Of a stretch of 64,000 bases of DNA, positions 20,693 to 29,453 are shown piece by piece (position 1 is the first letter of the stretch; every line of letters begins with the position of its first letter). Made by a program: the position numbers and the translations under genes. Source of the DNA: Candidatus Latescibacterota bacterium (GTDB taxonomy: Bacteria; Latescibacterota; UBA2968; GCA-2709665). The DNA is taken from assembly GCA_965222075.1 (NCBI GenBank), contig OZ244937.1, positions 896,001-960,000 of the forward strand, read 5' to 3'. The notes below the pieces were generated by a model that made no database searches, was not told the DNA's origin, and was given only the letters and a program-made list of their open reading frames with translations.

Positions 20693-21821
20693 GGCGCTCT
20701 TCCAGGATCGGTTGGACCTTGTGCAGGGAAAACGGGTGGGGTTGATTACGAATCCGTCCGGGGTCGATTCTTCCCTGGTGCTCACGGCGGACCGCCTTGG
20801 AGAAGCGGACGGGGTTGTGCTGGCGGCCCTGTTCGGACCGGAGCACGGGGTGGGGGGAGAGATGCCCGCTGGGGCGGAGGTGTCCTCCTTTCCGGAGCGG
20901 GAGACGCCGGTATACAGCTTGTATGGGGACACCCGGCGGCCGACGGAAGCGATGCTTGCCCCCCTGGATGTGGTGCTCTTCGACCTTCAGGATGTGGGCG
21001 CCCGGTTCTACACGTTTATCTCCACTTTGGGCTATGCCCTGGAGGCCTGCGCAGCGGGAGGGGTGCCCTGTGTTGTTCTGGACCGCCCGAATCCGATTGG
21101 GGGAGAGGCGCTGGAGGGCAACCTTCCGGACCCGGCGTTCCGGTCTTTTGTGGGGGCTTATCCGATTCTGCTGCGCCACGGGATGACGGTGGGAGAGTTG
21201 GCCCGGTTTTTGAACGGAGAATTCAATCTGGGCGCAGACCTGAGCGTGGTTCCGATGGCGGGCTGGCAACGGTGCATGGGGTTTTCGGAGACCGGCCTTT
21301 TCTGGGTGCCTCCATCGCCCAATATGCCCACACCGGAGACGGCCTGGGTCTATCCGGGGACATGTCTGGTGGAGGCAACCAATGTGTCGGAGGGCCGGGG
21401 GACTGCCAGGCCCTTCGAGCAGGTGGGGGCGCCCTTTATCGCGTCTCCAGGGTTGGCTGCTGCGTTGAACGGCCGGGGGTTGCCCGGTGTGAGGTTCCGG
21501 GCAACCACGTTTGTTCCGGTTGCCGGCAAGTATCGGGGTGAACGCTGCGGCGGGGTTCAGCTCCACCTCACGGATTCGAAGCGTTTTCAGGCCGTGCGAA
21601 CGGGACTGGAGGTGATTGCCACGATCCGGACGCTTTATCCACACGGTTTTGCGTGGCGTACGCCGCCCAGCAGGCGGGTCTACCCTTTTGACCGCCTGAT
21701 GGGTACGGATGCCGTGCGCAAGGCGATAGAGGGGGGGACGTCTGTGGGGGAGATTGTGGATGGGTGGGAAGAGGAGATCGAGGGGTTTGGGGAGAGGCGT
21801 CGGGCGTATTTGCTTTATTAA
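20667..21821 (+). CDS. namZ: Exo-beta-N-acetylmuramidase NamZ (DUF1343)
   Basis: GLITNPSG, FGPEHG, YSLYG, DLQDVGARFYT, LDRPNP, PPSPNMP, SEGRGT. Confidence 0.88.
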   Translation: MDRVRLGNEALFQDRLDLVQGKRVGLITNPSGVDSSLVLTADRLGEADGVVLAALFGPEHGVGGEMPAGAEVSSFPERETPVYSLYGDTRRPTEAMLAPLDVVLFDLQDVGARFYTFISTLGYALEACAAGGVPCVVLDRPNPIGGEALEGNLPDPAFRSFVGAYPILLRHGMTVGELARFLNGEFNLGADLSVVPMAGWQRCMGFSETGLFWVPPSPNMPTPETAWVYPGTCLVEATNVSEGRGTARPFEQVGAPFIASPGLAAALNGRGLPGVRFRATTFVPVAGKYRGERCGGVQLHLTDSKRFQAVRTGLEVIATIRTLYPHGFAWRTPPSRRVYPFDRLMGTDAVRKAIEGGTSVGEIVDGWEEEIEGFGERRRAYLLY

Positions 21822-21843
21822 TCAGGTGCTACAGGCGGTTGTT

Positions 21844-23052
21844 TTGGCGCAAACGGTTCGAAAGATTATCGGGCTGATGTCGGGTACGTCGGCCGACGGG
21901 GTCGATGCGGCCCTGGTGGAGGTGCGCGGGACGGGCACCGATACGGAGGTGGGGTTGCTGGGGTTCGTTTTTACGCCCTACCCGGCCGGTCTGAGGCAGG
22001 AGATTCTGGATCTGTGCGATCCGGATAAGGGACGTGTGGACCGGATATGCCGGATGCATGGTGTGATGGGAGAGTGGTTTGCACGGGGAGCTTTGGCAGT
22101 GTGCCGGGAGGCTGGCGTGTCGGTATCGGAGGTGGATCTGATCGGGTCCCACGGGCAGACGGTACACCACCTCCCCGACCCGGCCGATGCGTTTGGGGTG
22201 CGGGTGCGCGCAACGTTGCAGATCGGAGATCCATCGGTGATTGCGGAGCGGACCGGTGTGACCACCGTGGCCGATTTCCGCACCCGGGATATGGCTGCGG
22301 GGGGGCAGGGGGCCCCGCTGGTGCCGCTGGTCGATTACCTCCTGTTCCGGTCCGATGGGGTAGGGCGGGCGATGCTGAACATCGGGGGGATTGCCAATGT
22401 GACGCTGCTGCCGGCCGGCTGCGGACCGGATGAGGTGCTTGCGTTTGACACCGGCCCGGGAAATATGCTTGTCGACGCTCTGGTCGGCGTTTTTACCAAC
22501 GGCGCCCGGTCGTACGACGCGGATGGGGCGCTGGCGGCGTCCGGACAGGTTTCCGAGGCGCTGCTGGAACAGTTGATGCAGCATCCCTTTCTGGCAATGC
22601 CTCCGCCGAAATCGACTGGCCGCGAGGCATTCGGCAGGACCCTGGTTGACGAGATTCTGGCGTGGAAGGATCGCCTCTCGGGGCCGGATTTGATTCGAAC
22701 GGCAACCGCGTTTACTGCAAGGAGTGTTGGGGAGGCCCTGGGGCGGTTCGTTTTTCCGCTCAGCCGGGTTGAGGAGGTGGTTGTCAGCGGGGGGGGAGCG
22801 GAGAATGCCGTGTTGATGGCGATGCTGGAAGAGGTTTTGGGTGGGAGAAAGGTGGTCCGGATTGAGACACTGGGTGTGCCTGCTGAGGCGAAGGAGGCGG
22901 TCGCTTTCGCGGTTTTGGCCAATGAGACGCTGGCCGGGCATCCGGGCAACCTGCCCCAGGTGACGGGCGCTTCGCGCCCTGCGGTGCTGGGGGTGGTCGC
23001 TCCGGGGGGCCGGTGCAGGATTTCGGTTGATTCGGAGGGCCGGTTTAGGTAA
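21844..23052 (+). CDS. anmK: Anhydro-N-acetylmuramic acid kinase
   Basis: IGLMSGTSADGVD, GSHGQT, GGQGAPLVP, NIGGIAN, FDTGPGN, KSTGRE, KEAVAFA; start uncertain. Confidence 0.93.
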   Translation: MAQTVRKIIGLMSGTSADGVDAALVEVRGTGTDTEVGLLGFVFTPYPAGLRQEILDLCDPDKGRVDRICRMHGVMGEWFARGALAVCREAGVSVSEVDLIGSHGQTVHHLPDPADAFGVRVRATLQIGDPSVIAERTGVTTVADFRTRDMAAGGQGAPLVPLVDYLLFRSDGVGRAMLNIGGIANVTLLPAGCGPDEVLAFDTGPGNMLVDALVGVFTNGARSYDADGALAASGQVSEALLEQLMQHPFLAMPPPKSTGREAFGRTLVDEILAWKDRLSGPDLIRTATAFTARSVGEALGRFVFPLSRVEEVVVSGGGAENAVLMAMLEEVLGGRKVVRIETLGVPAEAKEAVAFAVLANETLAGHPGNLPQVTGASRPAVLGVVAPGGRCRISVDSEGRFR

Positions 23053-23055
23053 TTT
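23011..23055 (+). repeat. 45-bp promoter-containing repeat, copy 1 (overlaps the anmK 3' end)
   Basis: CGGTGCAGGATTTCGGTTGATTCGGAGGGCCGGTTTAGGTAATTT; TTGATT-N17-TAATTT. Confidence 0.8.
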
Positions 23056-23094
23056 TCATGCATACTGTATAATTTGCAAGATACGGGGAGAACC

Positions 23095-24642
23095 GTGACC
23101 AGGCGCAGGTTGCCCATCGGCATTCAGACCTTCCGCAAGATTCGGGAGCAGAACTACTACTATGTGGACAAGACGGCCTATATCCGGGGGCTGCTCGACG
23201 AGGGTACGCACTATTTCCTGTCGCGGCCGCGTCGTTTTGGCAAGAGCCTGTTTCTGGACACGCTGAAGGAACTGTTTGAGGGGAACGAGCCGCTGTTTGA
23301 GGGGTTGGACATCCACAACCGCTGGGATTGGCGAGTACGCTATCCCGTCCTGCGCCTCAGTTTCGGCAGCGGCAACTTTAGCGAGCCGGGGATTTTGCAC
23401 AAGGAAGTGATGGCGCAACTGGACGCCATTGAGGAAGAAACGGGCGTGCAAAGCCGTTACGACACCGCGTCGGCACGCTTTCGCCATGTCATACAGATGC
23501 TGCACCGCCAGGCGGGACAGCGCGTGGCCGTTCTTGTTGATGAATACGACAAACCGATCCTGGACACGCTGGAAGTGCCGGAGCTCGCCCGCGCCAACCG
23601 CGACTTTTTGCGCGGCCTGTACGCCACCATCAAGGACTGCGACGCGCACGTCCGCTTCACCTTCCTCACCGGCGTCAGCAAATTCTCCAGGGTTCACCTG
23701 TTCTCCGGCCTCAACAACCTCACCGACATCACCATCGACCCGCGTTATTCCGCCATCTGCGGCTACACCGAGGCGGACCTCGACACGGTGTTCGCGCCGG
23801 AACTGCCGGGCCTGGACCGAGACAAGATTCGCGACTGGTACAACGGTTATTGCTGGCTTGGCGACGAGAAGGTGTACAACCCTTTCGACATTCTCCTGCT
23901 GTTCGACAAGCGCACCTTTGGCATCTATTGGTTCGAGACAGGCACGCCCACGTTCCTCATCGAAACACTGTTCAAACGCCACGTCAGTTCCCTCGAACTC
24001 GATGACATGATCGGCAGCGACGAGTTGTTGTCCGCCTTCGATGTCGATGCCATAGAGACGGAGGCACTCTTGTTCCAGACCGGCTACCTCACGATAACGG
24101 GGGAAGAGAGCCTGGGCGGCGAGTCTCTCTATCGCCTGAGCTATCCCAATCGGGAGGTGCGCCAGAGCCTCAACCGAAGCCTGTTGCGCTATCTGGTGAA
24201 AGACTCGACGCGCCAGATGGCGAACAGCGTGCGCCTGTACCGCCTGCTGGAAGCCAATGACTTCGCCGGCCTCGAGACATTATTCCACGCCTTCTTCGCC
24301 AGCATACCCTACGAGTGGTACACCAACAACGACATCGCCAATTTTGAGGGCTACTATGCCAGCGTGTTCTACTCCTATTTTGCGGGACTGGGGCTTGACA
24401 TCACTGTGGAGGACAGCAGCAGCCATGGTCGCCTGGACATGGCCGTTCATTTCAACAGCAACGTCTATCTGTTCGAGTTCAAGGTGGTCGAGATGGCGTC
24501 TGAGGGCGGAGCGATGGCGCAATTGAAGGAAAAGCGGTACGCGGACAAATATCGCGGCCTGAACCAGCCGATTTACCTGATTGCCGTGGAGTTCAGCAAG
24601 GCCACCCGCAACCTGACAGCCTTCGAGGTCGCGCGCGCCTGA
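23095..24642 (+). CDS. AAA-ATPase-like plus PD-(D/E)XK_9 (DUF1703) protein
   Basis: LPIGIQTF, YYVDKT, SRPRRFGKSL, VDEYDKP, TGVSKFS, GRLDM..LFEFK. Confidence 0.9.
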   Translation: MTRRRLPIGIQTFRKIREQNYYYVDKTAYIRGLLDEGTHYFLSRPRRFGKSLFLDTLKELFEGNEPLFEGLDIHNRWDWRVRYPVLRLSFGSGNFSEPGILHKEVMAQLDAIEEETGVQSRYDTASARFRHVIQMLHRQAGQRVAVLVDEYDKPILDTLEVPELARANRDFLRGLYATIKDCDAHVRFTFLTGVSKFSRVHLFSGLNNLTDITIDPRYSAICGYTEADLDTVFAPELPGLDRDKIRDWYNGYCWLGDEKVYNPFDILLLFDKRTFGIYWFETGTPTFLIETLFKRHVSSLELDDMIGSDELLSAFDVDAIETEALLFQTGYLTITGEESLGGESLYRLSYPNREVRQSLNRSLLRYLVKDSTRQMANSVRLYRLLEANDFAGLETLFHAFFASIPYEWYTNNDIANFEGYYASVFYSYFAGLGLDITVEDSSSHGRLDMAVHFNSNVYLFEFKVVEMASEGGAMAQLKEKRYADKYRGLNQPIYLIAVEFSKATRNLTAFEVARA

Positions 24643-24811
24643 GTGAAGGGGGCTCTATCAGATCGTCTCGCCCGGTGGCCTCTTTTCCGGTTTCAAAGAC
24701 GCACAAGTCTGGGCACACATTGCAAAGCTACGCAAAGACGACAATGACCGTGCGGGTCGAAGAAGCGCAATTTAAGCGATAAGCACCACACGTATTTCCG
24801 GGAGAATTGCC

Positions 24812-25333
24812 ATGGAACACTCTGACGGAAACTCCGGGAGCGGGCAATCAGCCACCAGGCCGCGGCGCTCGTGGCGGCATTACTGGAAGACGCCGGTCTG
24901 CTTCGGCTTCGGATTCTGTATCCTGCAAATTCTGGTCGCGATTGTACGCTTCGGCACGATGGATTCCGGGAATCCAACGAACTTGCTGTTTGCGATTCCA
25001 AGCATAGTGTCGGGCCTGATCCTGTTCTTTCTGGCCGGGTTGCTGGTCGGGTTGCTGGCGCAATACCTCTTGAAGGGCGTTGTCGGACCCTGGCGCACAT
25101 GGATACTGGTCGGGTTTGCGGTGGCCACTCCGTTTGCCGTCCTGTTCAGTCTTGTCGGAGGATTGCTCGGCCCCCATATGGTGGTCATCGGCGCTCTTGT
25201 ACCCTATCTGCTCCTGGCCGGAATCCCGTTGTTGATCCGCAGATGCCTGCGGCGTTTCCACAGCCCGCCGACCCGGGAGAAGGACCCGACGGCGGGATGT
25301 GATGGAGATGGCGAGGCTGCACGGCCGGTGTGA
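24812..25333 (+). CDS. Hypothetical membrane protein (about 4 TM)
   Basis: GGAG RBS; four hydrophobic segments. Confidence 0.6.
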   Translation: MEHSDGNSGSGQSATRPRRSWRHYWKTPVCFGFGFCILQILVAIVRFGTMDSGNPTNLLFAIPSIVSGLILFFLAGLLVGLLAQYLLKGVVGPWRTWILVGFAVATPFAVLFSLVGGLLGPHMVVIGALVPYLLLAGIPLLIRRCLRRFHSPPTREKDPTAGCDGDGEAARPV

Positions 25334-25364
25334 GGCGACGGCCGTGGGAGCGCCCGGCGGCCTG

Positions 25365-25472
25365 ATCAGGAAGGGTTACCCGACTCCTGGGGCGTTGAAA
25401 TGCATTGCCTGCATTGGGAGCATTGGGAGCATTGGGTCGGGAAGAACTACCTGCCTCCTGGGGCGTTGAAAC
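25365..25472 (+). CRISPR. Degenerate CRISPR-like repeat-spacer-repeat (37/34/37 nt)
   Basis: ATCAGGAAGGGTTACCCGACTCCTGGGGCGTTGAAAT and GTCGGGAAGAACTACCTGCCTCCTGGGGCGTTGAAAC (29/37 identical); no cas genes in the window. Confidence 0.4.
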
Positions 25473-25474
25473 GG

Positions 25475-25500
25475 GTAGGGGCGATCCTTGTGGTCGCCCC
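25475..25500. repeat. GTAG-type REP palindrome (copies at 26795-26820 and 27866-27891)
   Basis: GTAGGGGCGATCCTTGTGGTCGCCCC with a GGGCGA/TCGCCC stem. Confidence 0.7.
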
Positions 25501-25543
25501 TTTGGCCTTTGTGGACTTCGCGCGGGGGGCCGCTCCGGGAGGT

Positions 25544-25588
25544 CGGTGCAGGATTTGGGTTGATTCGGAGGGCCGGTTTTCGTAAATT
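25544..25588 (+). repeat. 45-bp promoter-containing repeat, copy 2
   Basis: TTGATT-N17-TAAATT; similarity extends upstream into anmK-like sequence (CGCTCCGGG). Confidence 0.8.
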
Positions 25589-25653
25589 ATATAGTATACA
25601 GCTGGTGTCGGCCTCGTGGATACGATGGTCATTCCCAAACAAGGGGGTTCGCT

Positions 25654-26699
25654 ATGTTTGGCAGTATTCGCAGTGTGTTTGTGTTGGTGCTTGCCGGAGG
25701 TGTGACGTGGAGCTGCAGCGGCGAACGTGTGATGACGCCACAGGTAACGGATGCAGGCCTGCCTGTCGGGCAGACAGGCGAACAGATTGGAGGGCCGCTG
25801 AGTAAACCGGCTGTAAGCAGGGACTTGACGCAGGCTGTGGTGGTGGTGACGGTGCAGCAAGATCAGGCGCCTGTAAGTGGTGCAACCGTGGCGCTCTCGC
25901 GTTCTGTTTCGGGACGGGCAGCGGATTATCGGTGGTCGGGCACAACCGATGAGAATGGTCAGGCGAAGGTGTATATTTGGGCGGATGATGTGAGTGGTTA
26001 TTATCAGGCGCGCGCCTTGCAGGATGGGAGCCCGCTGGGGATGTGGTCGAGTATTCCGATTAATGGTGGATATGAGTCGATGGTTGATTTGCCCGTTGGC
26101 GGGAAGGCACGCGTGACGGGTTCGTCCATTCTGGTATTAGAAAGTATCGTGGGATCCTGGGGGTACGTGGGAACGGATATAGGTCAAACGGTAAGTAAGA
26201 AACTGGAGAATGCTCTGGTCGATTTACTAGACATTTTTTCGAGTTTGCTTGGCCTGGATCTGGATCCAGCGGCTGTCGCCATGATCGTCCAGGAGTTCAC
26301 GAGCGAGATGGAGACCAGCATCAGCGATACCCTGTCATCCATCCGGCGCTTTAACGCTGACGGCTCTTTTGAAGACGACGACGGCAATACGGGGGCTGGT
26401 ATTAGAAAGTATCGTGGGATCCTGGGGGTACGTGGGAACGGATATAGGTCAAACGTTAAGTAAGGTGCTGGTTCGTGAGTGGCAACCTCCTGACGATGGT
26501 AGACGCAGACGGGTTTACCATTGAGGGCACGTATTTCGTGGACGGCGACAACTTGACGCTCTTCTTCACCAGGGACCAGTACTTTCAGATCATCGGACAG
26601 GAGGTTGAGGACGTGGACGAGGAGGCCCAGGTCAAGGCGTTCTTAGATGCCATTATCGAGGAGGGAGACACGATCCGGTTCTTCTTTGGAGCCGGATAG
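25654..26699 (+). pseudogene. Lipoprotein, tandem copy A, interrupted
   Basis: Lipobox-like VTWSC; disrupted by a 69-bp copy (26396-26464) of 26131-26199; C-terminus continues in ORF 26475-26699. Confidence 0.75.
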
Positions 26700-26755
26700 C
26701 GGTCCGATGTGGGGCAATCCTCCTGGGAGCGCGGGCGCCTGCCCGCGTGTTGGGA

Positions 26756-26792
26756 GTCAGGAAGGATTATCCGCCTCCTGGGGTATTGAAAC
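26756..26792 (+). CRISPR. Solitary CRISPR-like 37-nt repeat
   Basis: GTCAGGAAGGATTATCCGCCTCCTGGGGTATTGAAAC, 30/37 identical to each copy at 25365 and 25436. Confidence 0.35.
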
Positions 26793-26847
26793 GGATAGGG
26801 GCGATCCTTGTGATCGCCCCTTTAATTTGCCGACGAGTATCCCTGGC

Positions 26848-26892
26848 CGGTGCAGGATTTGGGTTGATTCGGAGGGCCGATTTTCGTAACTT
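26848..26892 (+). repeat. 45-bp promoter-containing repeat, copy 3
   Basis: TTGATT-N17-TAACTT. Confidence 0.8.
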
Positions 26893-26945
26893 TCATACAG
26901 CTGGTGTCGGCTCGCTGGTAGTTTCCAAGATTAAGGAGGTTCGCT

Positions 26946-27856
26946 ATGTTTAGCAGTATTCGCAGTGTGTTTGTGTTACTGCTTGCGGGAGGCGTGACGT
27001 GGAGCTGCAGCGGCGAACGTGTGACGACGCCACAGGTAACGGGCATGCAGGCCCGCCTGTCCAGGGGGCGCTGAGTAAGCCGGCTGTAAGCAGGGACTTG
27101 ACGCAGGCTGTGGTGGTGGCTGAGGTGCAGCAAGGTCAAAGTGGTGTAACCGTGGCGTTCTCGCGTTCTGTTTCAGGACGGGCAGCGGATTATCGGTGGT
27201 CGGGCACAACCGATGAGAATGGTCAGGCGAAGGTGTATATTTGGGCGGATGATGTGAGTGGTTATTATCAGGCGCGCGCCTGGCAGGACGGGAGCCTGCT
27301 GGGTTCGTGGTCGAGTATTCCGATTAACGGTGGAAATGAATTGATGGTTGATTTGCCCGTTGGTGGAAAGGCACGCGTGACGGGTTCGTCCATTCTGGTA
27401 TTAGAAAGTATCGTCGGATCCTGGGGGTACCTGGGAACGGATATGGTTCAAGTGGTCAGTAAGAACCTGGAGAATGCTCTGGTGGGCCAGGGCGTGGATC
27501 CAGCGGCTGCTGTTGTTATCATCCAGGAGTTCACAAGCGATATGGAGGCCAGCATCAGCGGTAATTGGACATCAATCCGGCACTTTAGCGCTGACGGCTC
27601 TTATGAAGACGAAGACACTACGGGGAACTGGTCCGTGAGCGGCAACCGCCTGACGATGGTGGACGCAGACGGGTTTACCGTTGAGAGCGCGTATTTCGTG
27701 GACGGCGACAACTTGACGCTCTTCTTCACCAGGGACCAACTCCTGGGGATCATCGGTCAGTTGGTTGGTGAGGGCTGGGACGCGGAGTCCCAGGAGTTAT
27801 TCGATGTCATGATTCAGGAGGGAGATACGATCCGGTTCTTCTTTGGAGCCGGATAG
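26946..27856 (+). pseudogene. Lipoprotein, tandem copy B, frameshifted
   Basis: AAGGAGG plus ATG 26946 (MFSSIRSVF..VTWSC) is out of frame with ORF 26999-27856; shift at about 27040-27065; paralogous to copy A. Confidence 0.75.
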
Positions 27857-27928
27857 CGGTCCGATGCAGGGGCGATCCTTGTGATCGCCCTGTACCAGTC
27901 GGGGGCGTTTGCCCGAGGGGTTTTGAGG

Positions 27929-28756
27929 ATGGGCGTTCAAGATCTGCTTGTGGTGCTCATCGCGGTGGCGTATGCGGTTAGCGCCATCGGCTATGCCGCA
28001 AATTTCCAGCGCAGGGGAGAAACCCGGGGGCAGACCGGGTCCTGGGGCCTGATCCTGGGTTGGGGGATGCACAGTGTGCTGCTGGGGACCTTGACGGTTG
28101 CGACCGGCAAGGTGCCTCTGAACAGTCAGGTTCTGCCGTCGCTCTGCGCCTGGCTGGTGGTGGTTGTCTATCTTTACTTAGAGTTGACAACGAAGGACCG
28201 TTCCCTGGGGGCGCTGGTTGTGCCGATTGTGACCCTGTTGCACCTCCTGGCCGCCTTTAACCTGGCCGGCCTGGAGGAGGCCCCCCAGGTTGTCCACAGC
28301 GGCGGGTGGTTCAAACTCCACGTTCTGGCGTATATTCTCGCCTATGCGGCGTTTGCGATTTCCTGCGTCAGTTCGATTATGTATGTGCTGCTGCTGGGGG
28401 AGATTCAGAAAAAACATCTGGGATTTTTTTACGCACGGCTCCCATCACTGGAGACCCTGAATCAGATCAACAACCGAGCGGCCACGTTCGGTTTTGTTTT
28501 TCTGACGGGTGGAGTGATTGCGAGTTCGGTCTGGGCCTACCAGGAACTGAGCCAGTTGTGGGTTTGGGGGAAACCCGCATTTGCCCCTCTGCTGATGACC
28601 TGGGTCATCTACGCGGGACACCTGGCCGCACGGTGGATCGCCGGCTGGCGGGGGAAGCGGGCCGCGATGCTCTCGATTGTCGGATTTGCGGTGGTTGTTT
28701 TTGCCTTTCCGGTGGTGGGGGTGCTGTTTTCGGGGAAGCACCCGTTGATCCGGTGA
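27929..28756 (+). CDS. Cytochrome c assembly CcsA/HemX-like membrane protein
   Basis: Multi-TM; LHV..ILAYAAF, RLPSLETL, SSVWA, WVIY; heads the hem operon. Confidence 0.8.
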   Translation: MGVQDLLVVLIAVAYAVSAIGYAANFQRRGETRGQTGSWGLILGWGMHSVLLGTLTVATGKVPLNSQVLPSLCAWLVVVVYLYLELTTKDRSLGALVVPIVTLLHLLAAFNLAGLEEAPQVVHSGGWFKLHVLAYILAYAAFAISCVSSIMYVLLLGEIQKKHLGFFYARLPSLETLNQINNRAATFGFVFLTGGVIASSVWAYQELSQLWVWGKPAFAPLLMTWVIYAGHLAARWIAGWRGKRAAMLSIVGFAVVVFAFPVVGVLFSGKHPLIR

Positions 28757-28811
28757 AGGGCGTCGTGAGGGGTGGGGGTGGGCACTCGTACCTCGCTGGG
28801 GGAGAAAGGCG

Positions 28812-29453
28812 ATGAGCGATAGCCGGACCTACTATCCGATTTTCCTGGACCTGAGCGGCCGGACGTGCGTGGTGGTGGGAGGGGGAACGGTTGGGGAACA
28901 GAAGGTGAGGGGGCTGCTGGATGCGGGCGCGCGCGTGGTCCTGATCAGCCCGAAGGTGACCGAGGGGCTGGCCGATCTGGCCGGATCGGGACGAATTGAG
29001 CTGGTGCTACGGGCCTTTCAAAGGGGCGATCTGAAAGGAGCGGCGCTGGCGTTTGCAGCGACGGATTGTGCGGATGCGAACCGGGCAGTCGCTGGTGAGG
29101 CCGAGGCAGGCGGCGTGTTGCTCAATGCGGCGGCGGATCCGGTCGCGGGAGATTTTATTCTGCCTTCGGTCTTCCGGCGGGGCCCGCTTCGGGTGGCGCT
29201 GTCCACCGGCGGGGGCAGTCCGGCCTATGCGAAGATGGTGCGAGAGCGGCTGGAGGAGATATTTGGCCCCGAACACGGTGAACTGGTGGATTTCCTGGAG
29301 CGGCTGAGGCCCCACGTGGTAGCCCGGTTTCCAAACAGCGCCGGGCGCCGCCGGGCCGTCTGGGACTGGCTGGTGACGTGGGAGACGGTCGAGCTGGTTC
29401 GACAGCGCCGGTGGGATCAGATTGAGGAGATGGTTGCCGAATGTCTATCGTAG
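28812..29453 (+). CDS. Precorrin-2 dehydrogenase/sirohydrochlorin ferrochelatase (SirC/CysG N-terminal type)
   Basis: YPIFLDL, VVGGGTVG..K, AATD, DFILP, STGGGSP. Confidence 0.9.
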   Translation: MSDSRTYYPIFLDLSGRTCVVVGGGTVGEQKVRGLLDAGARVVLISPKVTEGLADLAGSGRIELVLRAFQRGDLKGAALAFAATDCADANRAVAGEAEAGGVLLNAAADPVAGDFILPSVFRRGPLRVALSTGGGSPAYAKMVRERLEEIFGPEHGELVDFLERLRPHVVARFPNSAGRRRAVWDWLVTWETVELVRQRRWDQIEEMVAECLS

